Source of the DNA: a virus
Lineage: Duplodnaviria; Caudoviricetes
Virus record (IMG/VR): IMGVR_UViG_3300027640_000016
Coordinates: 1 to 29,006 of that record
Direction: 5' to 3' (one strand)
DNA: 29,006 nucleotides
Shown here: in pieces, positions 8,138-15,056 of the stretch
Position numbering within the stretch: position 1 is the first letter of the stretch
Layout: each line of letters opens with the position of its first letter
Translations under genes and position numbers: made by a program
Notes under the pieces: model-generated
Seen by the model: the letters and a program-made list of their open reading frames with translations, nothing else
Databases searched by the model: none
Told to the model about the DNA's origin: nothing

Positions 8138-8922
8138 GATGCTTGATTTATTTAGTGGAATTGGGGGCATAGCTCTGGCGGCAGAATGGGCAGGAATCGA
8201 AACGGTCGCATTCAGCGAGATAGACCCATTTAAACAAAGAGTATTAAAAAAGCATTGGGCTAATGTACCAATATACCCGGATATACGCGAGCTTACGAAA
8301 GAGAGGTTAGAGAAAGATGGAATCATCGGCGAAAACAGAGCAATTGACATTGTGGGGGGGGGGATTCCCTTGCCAACCTTACAGTATTGCCGGGAAGCGA
8401 AAAGGCAAGGAAGATGACCGCGACCTCTGGCCAGAAATGTTTAGAGTTATACAAGAACTTAAGCCCGCTTGGGTTGTTGGTGAAAACGTTGCTAACTTCG
8501 CAAATATGGAACTCGAACGAGCGCTACTTAACTTGGAAAGCGAAGGGTACGAAGTCCAGACGTTTATTATTCCAGCTGTATCCGTCGGCACGTTACATAT
8601 TAGGCAAAGAGTATTTGTTGTGGCCTACTCCGTTAGCGAGCGACGGGGAAGCGTGGAAGAAAGTTGGGAAAACCGATGTATTAACCTCTTTACAAAAAGC
8701 GATGAGAAAAAAATCAAAGGGGCATCGTGGCACGATTCGAGGGATTTATTACTTGCAGGCTCTAGGAAAATCACCGAAGGAGGCAGCGGACTTCAACGAA
8801 ATGATGATGGGCTTTCCGGAGGGGTGGACAGACTTAGAAGCCTAGGTGATGCAGTAGTACCACAACAAGTATATCCATTTTTTCAGGCAATAGTAGATAT
8901 AGAAAGGGGGTTTATAAAGTGA
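8130..8922 (+). pseudogene. C5 cytosine DNA methyltransferase main (alpha) chain, frameshifted at a G10 tract (8354-8363)
   Basis: Motif I LDLFSGIGG lies in ORF 8130..8417. Motifs IV GFPCQPYS, VI ENV, VIII HIRQRVF and X LGDAVVPQ lie in ORF 8317..8922. Removing one G gives a single 263-aa ORF. Confidence 0.88.
8414..8845 (+). CDS. overlapping-frame methyltransferase beta subunit carrying motif IX (M.EcoHK31I-like)
   Basis: 143-aa ORF nested in a different frame, with LWPTPLASD and EMMMGFPEGWT. Motif IX is absent from the main frame. Confidence 0.72.
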   Translation: MTATSGQKCLELYKNLSPLGLLVKTLLTSQIWNSNERYLTWKAKGTKSRRLLFQLYPSARYILGKEYLLWPTPLASDGEAWKKVGKTDVLTSLQKAMRKKSKGHRGTIRGIYYLQALGKSPKEAADFNEMMMGFPEGWTDLEA

Positions 8923-9356
8923 GTAAGGATTATATAAATTTTCTTCATAAGAAAATTGAAATAGCTAAAGAAACAGGGCTTGACATATCTCTTGATCAAA
9001 TAAATCCCATTTTAAAGCCCCACCAAAAAGACGCCGTTAAGTGGGCGGTAAAAGGCGGAAAACGAGCATTGTTTGAAAGTTTTGGATTAGGGAAAACAAT
9101 CCAGGAATTAGAGTTTTGTCGGATAGTCGCACAAAAAGAAGGCGGCAAAGCTCTAATTGTTCTACCGCTCGGAGTTAAACAAGAATTTGTTAGGGATGCG
9201 GTTGAATTATTGGGGATGGAAGCTCCTCAGTATGTTAGAAACGCAGTTGAAGTAAAGGCAGCAACCGGAAGCATTCTCTTAACTAATTATGAGCGATTCA
9301 GCCGGATTAAACGGGAGTTAACGGTTGAGTACATTAAGCGTAAAGAGGTGATTTAA
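8919..9356 (+). pseudogene. truncated SNF2-like helicase(/methylase) N-terminal fragment
   Basis: LKPHQKDAV.W, FGLGKT, LIVLPLGV and TNYER, then a stop 19 codons later. No DExH motif or C-terminal helicase domain. Confidence 0.75.
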
Positions 9357-9887
9357 TTGCACGTACACACAAACTACGGCAATAGAGGAATGGCGTTTGA
9401 AGAGTTAATCAATTACAGCAATCAGCTATACGAACAGAAAAACATCGCTATAATTAACAAGCGCCCAACGCCAGTGAAAGTATTAGGACGAAGCGCAGGA
9501 AGAGTAACGGGGTTTTTCGAAAAGCCAAGCACGGTAGACTATGACGGAGTCTATAAAAGCCGCTCAATAGTCTTTGAATCAAAATCAACAAGGGACTTAC
9601 ATAAGTTTGACTTAAAGAATATTGAACCTCACCAAGTTGAGTACCTTGAAAAGTGCGAGAGCCACGGAGCTATATCCTTTGTCTTAGTAGAGCTTGCAAA
9701 GCTAAGAAAAGTATATCTTATGCATAATCAAACTCTAAAGCATTATTGGAATATAGCTCAAAAGGGCGGCAGAAAAAGCATACCTCTTGATGCTTTTGAG
9801 GTTAACGCTTGGGAAGTTGGAAGCGGTCGAGTGCCGCTAGATTATTTGTTAGTTGTAGATAAAGTATGGAAAGTGGGGGTGGCTTGA
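9357..9887 (+). CDS. recU: Holliday junction resolvase RecU
   Basis: NRGMAFEELIN, KRPTPV, STVDYDGVY, FESKST, HQVEYL. Confidence 0.93.
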   Translation: MHVHTNYGNRGMAFEELINYSNQLYEQKNIAIINKRPTPVKVLGRSAGRVTGFFEKPSTVDYDGVYKSRSIVFESKSTRDLHKFDLKNIEPHQVEYLEKCESHGAISFVLVELAKLRKVYLMHNQTLKHYWNIAQKGGRKSIPLDAFEVNAWEVGSGRVPLDYLLVVDKVWKVGVA

Positions 9888-10495
9888 TGAAATTTTCAGA
9901 AGTATTAGAAGAAGCAATAAAGCATTACGGTGAAGAAGCACAAAAGCGCAAGGCAGTTGAGGAACTTCTAGAGTTGGGACAAGCTATATTAAAAGATATG
10001 GCGACAGGTAAAAATTTAGAACAGATTTATGAAGAGTTTGCTGATGTAGAGATTATGCTTTCACAAGTCCAGTTAATGTACAATTTATCAAATGATAAGA
10101 TTAACGATTTAAAAGAGTACAAGATTAATAGATTGTACGAAGGGATAAAAAAAGTTAAGCAAAAGAAAATCTATTTAGCTGGTCCAATGACCGGAATATC
10201 TGAGTTGAACTTTCCAGAGTTCCACAAAGTAGCTGCCGAAATCAGGGCTAAGGGGTTCAATGTTGTATCTCCTGCCGAGATTGTACCTAAAGCCGACACT
10301 TGGGAAGGGGCTATGAAGCAGGATATAAAAGCTTTGATGGATTGCGATATCATCGCTGTTATGAAAGGTTGGGAAAGTTCAAAAGGGACTACAATAGAAG
10401 TTTTTCTGGCTAATCAAATGGGTATAAGAATTGTTGACGCTGAATTTCTTGAGGATATTGAGATTAAAAAGGCTTATAACGTTATAGTGAGGTGA
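9887..10495 (+). CDS. MazG-like NTP pyrophosphohydrolase fused to a DUF4406 / nucleoside deoxyribosyltransferase-like domain
   Basis: N-terminal half VEELLEL...EEFADVEIML.Q. C-terminal half IYLAGPMTG...NFPEF...VVSPAE...CD.I...GWESSKG..IE. Confidence 0.8.
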   Translation: MKFSEVLEEAIKHYGEEAQKRKAVEELLELGQAILKDMATGKNLEQIYEEFADVEIMLSQVQLMYNLSNDKINDLKEYKINRLYEGIKKVKQKKIYLAGPMTGISELNFPEFHKVAAEIRAKGFNVVSPAEIVPKADTWEGAMKQDIKALMDCDIIAVMKGWESSKGTTIEVFLANQMGIRIVDAEFLEDIEIKKAYNVIVR

Positions 10496-10500
10496 AATAA

Positions 10501-10620
10501 TTGTACGAAAAGAAATGTCCAAACTGCTTTAAAAAGTCTTATAGCAGTAACAAAGAAGGACAATGGATATGTCCGCACTGTAAGAAAGATATTACGAAAG
10601 AATCGGCTAAGCCGGCTTAG
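10501..10620 (+). CDS. 39-aa zinc-ribbon mini-protein (not in ORF track)
   Basis: MYEKKCPNCFKKSYSSNKEGQWICPHCKKDITKESAKPA. TTG start with GAGGTG RBS. Confidence 0.7.
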   Translation: MYEKKCPNCFKKSYSSNKEGQWICPHCKKDITKESAKPA

Positions 10621-10632
10621 GAGGGGAATGAG

Positions 10633-10938
10633 ATGTTTGTTATTGAAGTGTTAATAGCACTACTATTAGTGTTCCTAATTGTCGTTAATGTTGGTTGGCA
10701 AGTATTCGCCTCGATAAATGCAAATAAGAAAAATAACAAGAAAAATGTGATTAAACCGATTGATGAAATAAACAAAAATTATATCTGTCTTAAAACCGAC
10801 CCGATCAACTCAATGAATGACTTACGAGAAGATAAGTGGAATATGGATAAAGTTCGTGAAGGACTGCTTAGAGGTATGCTGCGATACGCAAAGCAAAGCG
10901 AGGTAGAGCGAGCAAAAGCGATTGGGAGGATAAAATGA
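10633..10938 (+). CDS. hypothetical single-pass membrane protein
   Basis: Hydrophobic N-terminal helix and strong RBS. Confidence 0.7.
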   Translation: MFVIEVLIALLLVFLIVVNVGWQVFASINANKKNNKKNVIKPIDEINKNYICLKTDPINSMNDLREDKWNMDKVREGLLRGMLRYAKQSEVERAKAIGRIK

Positions 10939-10960
10939 CGCGAAGAAAGGGTGTGGGGTG

Positions 10961-11314
10961 ATGGCAATTAAAAAAGCTGACAGGATTAAAGTGCTTGTAA
11001 AATATAGCGGTCATTGTGCATATTGCGGAAAAGAAATAACGATCAAAAGTATGCAAGTAGATCACGTTGTATCAAAAAGAGCAGGCGGAGCTGATACATT
11101 TGAAAACTATAACCCTTCTTGCCGACGTTGCAATCATTATAAACGCGCAAGAAATATTGAAAGTTTTAGGAGGTTGTTATTGGATATGCACAATCGACTA
11201 AAGGCTGATTATCTATTTAAAATTGCTATAGATTATGGAATTGCTGAAATAAAACCATTTAACGGTGAGTTTTATTTTGAGAAAGTGGAGGATGGGGAAA
11301 TTGAAAGTCTTTAG
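10961..11314 (+). CDS. HNH endonuclease
   Basis: GHCAYCG...MQVDHV......GGAD..EN..PSCRRCNHYK. Confidence 0.9.
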   Translation: MAIKKADRIKVLVKYSGHCAYCGKEITIKSMQVDHVVSKRAGGADTFENYNPSCRRCNHYKRARNIESFRRLLLDMHNRLKADYLFKIAIDYGIAEIKPFNGEFYFEKVEDGEIESL

Positions 11315-11621
11315 GATGGATGATTATGATTGGGTTGCTGCCAATGATGAAGATGAAGCTATTGAATTTTATTACAAGTTAACTGGGGTAAAAGAAGATG
11401 AAGACGATATCGAAGAAGTTGATTTAGACGAAAATAATGCCTGGTGCGAATTGCTTAATATAAAAGACTTAGAAAAATTAACGGATTTCGCAAGAGAATT
11501 TACAATTAAGAAGGGTGATAACGATTGGACTACAAGCTGGGTAATCCATCTTACGTTTAGAGAAGCGTTAATATATTACAGCAAAACTGAGCCGTATATA
11601 TTTATGAGTACGGAATATTAA
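11292..11621 (+). CDS. acidic hypothetical phage protein
   Basis: KVFRMDDYDWVAA...EAIEFY...PYIFMSTEY. Start is 11292 (ATG) or 11301 (TTG). Confidence 0.65.
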   Translation: MGKLKVFRMDDYDWVAANDEDEAIEFYYKLTGVKEDEDDIEEVDLDENNAWCELLNIKDLEKLTDFAREFTIKKGDNDWTTSWVIHLTFREALIYYSKTEPYIFMSTEY

Positions 11622-11647
11622 AAAAAGACCCCTCAGCAAGTGAGAGG
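11620..11647 (-). terminator. minus-strand intrinsic terminator
   Basis: Minus strand CCTCTCA-cttgc-TGAGGGG-TC-T7. The stem needs a G-U pair that is available only on the minus strand. Confidence 0.6.
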
Positions 11648-11668
11648 AAATATGTTCTGGACAAGCAT

Positions 11669-11679
11669 ATTATACCACA
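11669..11679 (-). promoter_or_regulatory. antisense extended -10 promoter (TGTGGTATAAT)
   Basis: Perfect TG-N-TATAAT on the minus strand, pointing at the terminator 11647-11620. Confidence 0.6.
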
Positions 11680-11701
11680 AATTCGGTTAGGGGGAATATA
11701 A

Positions 11702-12319
11702 ATGAATGGTTTATTGGATGTAAAAGAAAAAGTCTGTAGTGGCTGCCCGGGAACCCTTTGGGGCGAAAAAAGCATATGTCGGGTGCATGATAAATCAATA
11801 GGGCAAGTAAAAGATTGTCCAGAATGGCAACAAGAATCCCTCATTGAGAATAAATCTGGACAGCTTGCCCTGTTTGATTTAGAACCGGCAATTGAGGTAA
11901 TTCAGAAGGTAGAAGAAGAGTTAAAAGACTATCATTGGATGGTAAAAGAAGTCGATAGATTAAGGAAGTATCTAGCAGGAGCAGGAGAGGGACTTACACG
12001 TCAATACGGTATAGATAGTGCGATGCCAAAGGCGAAGGGTGGCGCGAGCGACCCGGTAAATCGAGAGATTGAGCGAAGATGGCGCCAATGGAATAGATTA
12101 GAAAAATTAGAGGAAAAACTTAAGAAGATAGAAACTGCTACAGATGCAATTAGCGATGAAAAGGAAAAGACGGTATTAGAATGCATCCTCGACGGAGAGC
12201 GTATGAATATTATCGCAAAGCATGTTGGCGTATCTAGACAGCGTTTGAATGAGATTAAAAGGGGTTTGGTTAAGAAGTTAGCATGGGAGATGTTTGGAGA
12301 TGAGTTGAAAGTGAGGTAA
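11702..12319 (+). CDS. putative late transcription activator (ArpU/RinA-like position, C-terminal sigma-type HTH) with Cys-rich N-terminal extension
   Basis: KDYHWM, QYGI...PK...SDPV and HTH MNIIAKHVGVSRQRL. Located at the end of the early/middle region, before the packaging genes. Confidence 0.7.
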   Translation: MNGLLDVKEKVCSGCPGTLWGEKSICRVHDKSIGQVKDCPEWQQESLIENKSGQLALFDLEPAIEVIQKVEEELKDYHWMVKEVDRLRKYLAGAGEGLTRQYGIDSAMPKAKGGASDPVNREIERRWRQWNRLEKLEEKLKKIETATDAISDEKEKTVLECILDGERMNIIAKHVGVSRQRLNEIKRGLVKKLAWEMFGDELKVR

Positions 12320-12323
12320 ATAA

Positions 12324-12503
12324 ATGAGCATAGAAAAAATAAATATTAAAATTAAGAAAAGTTCAACGCCGGGAATATTCCACGATAGCAGGAGCGATGT
12401 AATTGCGCTAGGAGAAGCGTTAAACAAAAGTATTAAAAAGATCAATGAACTTGTAGATGAAGTGAATAGATTGAAAGGCATGATAGATAAGAAGGAGGAA
12501 TAA
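12324..12503 (+). CDS. 59-aa coiled-coil hypothetical protein (not in ORF track)
   Basis: MSIEKINIKIKKSSTPGIFHDSRSDVIALGEALNKSIKKINELVDEVNRLKGMIDKKEE. GAGGT RBS. Confidence 0.65.
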   Translation: MSIEKINIKIKKSSTPGIFHDSRSDVIALGEALNKSIKKINELVDEVNRLKGMIDKKEE

Positions 12504-12506
12504 CTA

Positions 12507-12821
12507 TTGAAAAAACATATAACTGTGGATCAATATTACGAAATAACAAATAGTCAATGTAGAATATTAGTAGATTTATTAGGAGTAAACAAAGGGGCGC
12601 AAGGTCAAATGTGTTTGCCTGATGAGGTTATTGCAAAAAATTGCACAATAGGGAATATGATAGAGATATTACAAGATCATAAAGTTGATATCGGAGCGTA
12701 TACAAGCCTTGAGGATGAACAAATATGCGATCATTTGTTTGAAGCGCTAAAGGAGTGTGTTTTATATGAGAAAAACGAGGTTTACACATCTGACAAAATG
12801 GACGTTTTGGACGTTTTTTGA
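12507..12821 (+). CDS. hypothetical protein
   Basis: TTG start after AAGGAGG. Confidence 0.65.
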   Translation: MKKHITVDQYYEITNSQCRILVDLLGVNKGAQGQMCLPDEVIAKNCTIGNMIEILQDHKVDIGAYTSLEDEQICDHLFEALKECVLYEKNEVYTSDKMDVLDVF

Positions 12822-12846
12822 ACCACTAAAAAATAAATTATATAAT
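12782..12846 (+). promoter_or_regulatory. putative late promoter TTGAAC-17 bp-TATAAT with upstream 9-bp direct repeats
   Basis: -35 at 12818-12823 and -10 at 12841-12846. Repeats TTACACATC/TGACAAAAT/GGACGTTTT/GGACGTTTT at 12782-12817. Confidence 0.6.
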
Positions 12847-12911
12847 CAATGAAGAGAATCTGTTTTGTCTTGGGGTGTTTTCTCCACAGTAATTCTCGTC
12901 TCCATTATATG

Positions 12912-12941
12912 AGCCGTCCTTAACTGGGCGGCTATTTTATT
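12912..12941 (+). terminator. terminator-like hairpin in the late leader
   Basis: AGCCGTCC-ttaact-GGGCGGCT followed by ATTTTATT. Confidence 0.55.
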
Positions 12942-13060
12942 AGTACATAGAGTACAACTGACCAAGTGAGCCTTATATATTGACCTTACTTATTCTGGTG
13001 TAGCTGAAAAGCCGTTATATTAGCGTTGGTCATTATTTTTATATGAAATGAGTGATTATT

Positions 13061-13234
13061 ATGAGCGATCCAAGATTATGGCAAGTAGAAGAGTCTTTTA
13101 AGGACTTGCATAGAATATATAAACCAGACAACTTAGATAAGTTTACAAAAGAGTTCGTGAAGAAATATAAAGTGCCTAAAGGTTACGAGGCGGAGTTAAA
13201 GAAACTCGTTGAAGAAGTGAAAACCAATGGCTAA
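13061..13234 (+). CDS. hypothetical protein (57 aa)
   Basis: ORF from the track with start moved to ATG 13061. Confidence 0.55.
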   Translation: MSDPRLWQVEESFKDLHRIYKPDNLDKFTKEFVKKYKVPKGYEAELKKLVEEVKTNG

Positions 13235-13343
13235 CAATGATATGTTCAACTTTTGTATAAGGTGTTGCGGACATCAAGATGAGTGCAATGATTGCAGCTG
13301 GGAAGAAACGAATAATAGATTAAGGGATGAGGATATATTATGA
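13227..13343 (+). CDS. 38-aa Cys-rich mini-protein (not in ORF track)
   Basis: MANNDMFNFCIRCCGHQDECNDCSWEETNNRLRDEDIL. Overlaps the upstream stop. Confidence 0.45.
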   Translation: MANNDMFNFCIRCCGHQDECNDCSWEETNNRLRDEDIL

Positions 13344-13383
13344 AATAAAGAGAGTAATCAAAAGTTTGATTAAGAAGGTGCTA

Positions 13384-13485
13384 ATGCCTGATATGCCACC
13401 AGAAGTTTATACCCGAGCGGAGCGGCGAAGCCAGTTGAGGTATTGGGAGAACAGGCAGCGAAAGAAAGCTAGAGTAAGATATTAA
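13384..13485 (+). CDS. 33-aa basic mini-protein (not in ORF track)
   Basis: MPDMPPEVYTRAERRSQLRYWENRQRKKARVRY. AAGGTG RBS. Confidence 0.45.
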   Translation: MPDMPPEVYTRAERRSQLRYWENRQRKKARVRY

Positions 13486-13524
13486 AACCGCAAAAGCGGC
13501 TAACAACGGAGGTGGTGTTATGTA

Positions 13525-14358
13525 ATGCCTCGTAAAAGAGATCCGAAAAGAGACAAAGCATTCGATATTTGGCTGAAAAGTAACAAAGAAATGAAACTAA
13601 AAGACATCGCTAAGAAGCTTAAAGTATCAGATGGTCAAATACGTAAGTGGAAAAGTGAAGATAAATGGGAAGATAAAAGCGTTACTAATAACGAAATAAA
13701 AAGTAACGTTACTAAACAGGAAAAGGTTACTAAATCTAAAGTTGAAAATAACGAAAAATTTACGATAGATGAAGATGCTGGCTTGACAGAAAAACAGCGT
13801 CTTTTTTGTTTGTATTATGTTAAGTCTTTTAATGCAACATCTGCAGCTATCAAAGCTGGATACACGCAAAATTACCCATCCGAAATAGGATATCAACTTC
13901 TACAGAATCCTAGAGTTAGAAGAGAGATTGAAAGACTTAAGGAATTGAAGAAGCTATCAATCATGATCAACGAAGATGATATCTTAGATCGTTACATGAG
14001 GATTGCGTTTTCGGATATTACAGACTTTGTTGAGTTTGGACAGAAGGACGTTCCGGTTTTTACTAGTGATGGCGTATTGACTAATGCAAATGGGGAAATA
14101 GTCACATATAAAGAAAATGCGGTACTACTAAGAGACAGCGAAAATGTAGATGGTGGATTAATCGCTGAGGTTAAGACGAGCCGACAAGGAGCCAGTATTA
14201 AGTTAGAGGATAGGCTAAAAGCCTTAGATTGGCTTGCTAAGTTCTTTGAAATGAACAAAGAACATCAACATAAGAAAGAGTTTGATGATAATAAGTTGCA
14301 ACTTGAGAGAGATAGATTCGAGCACGTTAAAAAGATGGACGAGATAAAGGAATGGTAA
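13525..14358 (+). CDS. terS: terminase small subunit, XtmA/SPP1-G1P (pac)-type
   Basis: N-terminal HTH (KLKDIAKKL.VS..QIRKWKS.DKW), LTEKQRLFCLYY...NATSAAIKAGY and IKLEDRLKAL..L. Confidence 0.9.
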   Translation: MPRKRDPKRDKAFDIWLKSNKEMKLKDIAKKLKVSDGQIRKWKSEDKWEDKSVTNNEIKSNVTKQEKVTKSKVENNEKFTIDEDAGLTEKQRLFCLYYVKSFNATSAAIKAGYTQNYPSEIGYQLLQNPRVRREIERLKELKKLSIMINEDDILDRYMRIAFSDITDFVEFGQKDVPVFTSDGVLTNANGEIVTYKENAVLLRDSENVDGGLIAEVKTSRQGASIKLEDRLKALDWLAKFFEMNKEHQHKKEFDDNKLQLERDRFEHVKKMDEIKEW

Positions 14359-14359
14359 C

Positions 14360-15043
14360 ATGGCTAAACATGCAATAACAAAGCAATTCTATAACAGCAA
14401 AGAATGGATTAACTTTAGATTAGCTCTTATCGCGGAGCGAGGGAACAGGTGTGAACGATGTGGAAAGATTATACCTCGTTCGATTGATATTATTGCTCAT
14501 CATACAGTAGAACTAACTCCAGAGAATGTTCATGACCATAATATAAGTCTTAATCCTGATTTAGTAGAATTGATCGATTTCGATTGTCATAACGCTGAGC
14601 ATCAAAGGTTTGGCGCGAAGCAAGAAAAGAAAGTCTATATAATCTATGGACCACCAATGAGTGGTAAGCCATCATTTGTTAAACAGCAAGCGAAGCGCGG
14701 GGACATAGTAATTGATATGGATAGAATATATTCAGCCGTAAGCATGCTACCGTACTATGATAAGCCAGACAATTTATTAAGTAACGTCAGAGGAATTTAT
14801 AATCAGTTATTAGATAACGTTAAGACCAGGTACGGTAAGTGGAATAACGCCTGGATTGTTGGTGGCTATGCTGATAAATACAAGAGGGAGAGATTAGCAG
14901 AAGACTTAGGAGCGGAGCTCGTGTTTATAGATGTCAGCAAAAAAGAGTGCTTGCAACGATTAGAAACCGACGAGGATAGACGATATAGGAAAGACGAATG
15001 GGCTGGGTATATTGAGAATTGGTTTGAAAAATATACGGAATAA
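14360..15043 (+). CDS. packaging-associated HNH endonuclease fused to a P-loop (kinase/AAA-like) domain
   Basis: FYNSKEW...CERC...HH..ELT..N...CHN.EH, then VYIIYGPPMSGKPSFV...DIVIDMD. Confidence 0.82.
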   Translation: MAKHAITKQFYNSKEWINFRLALIAERGNRCERCGKIIPRSIDIIAHHTVELTPENVHDHNISLNPDLVELIDFDCHNAEHQRFGAKQEKKVYIIYGPPMSGKPSFVKQQAKRGDIVIDMDRIYSAVSMLPYYDKPDNLLSNVRGIYNQLLDNVKTRYGKWNNAWIVGGYADKYKRERLAEDLGAELVFIDVSKKECLQRLETDEDRRYRKDEWAGYIENWFEKYTE

Positions 15044-15056
15044 TTTATTGAGAGGG

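Noticed and set aside
8130-8417. Treating ORFs 8130..8417 and 8317..8922 as two genuine methyltransferase subunits
   Set aside because: The break falls exactly in a G homopolymer within motif IV and one base restores a canonical sequence, so a frameshift is the simpler explanation.
10961-11314. HNH as a restriction partner of the methyltransferase or as an intron-encoded homing nuclease
   Set aside because: It is not adjacent to the methyltransferase and no interrupted host gene or intron structure is visible. Free-standing HNH genes are common in this module.
12959-13032. tRNA-sized element with a 7-bp closing stem
   Set aside because: No TTCRA T-loop, D-arm or anticodon arm on either strand. 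Kept only as an unassigned structured RNA candidate.
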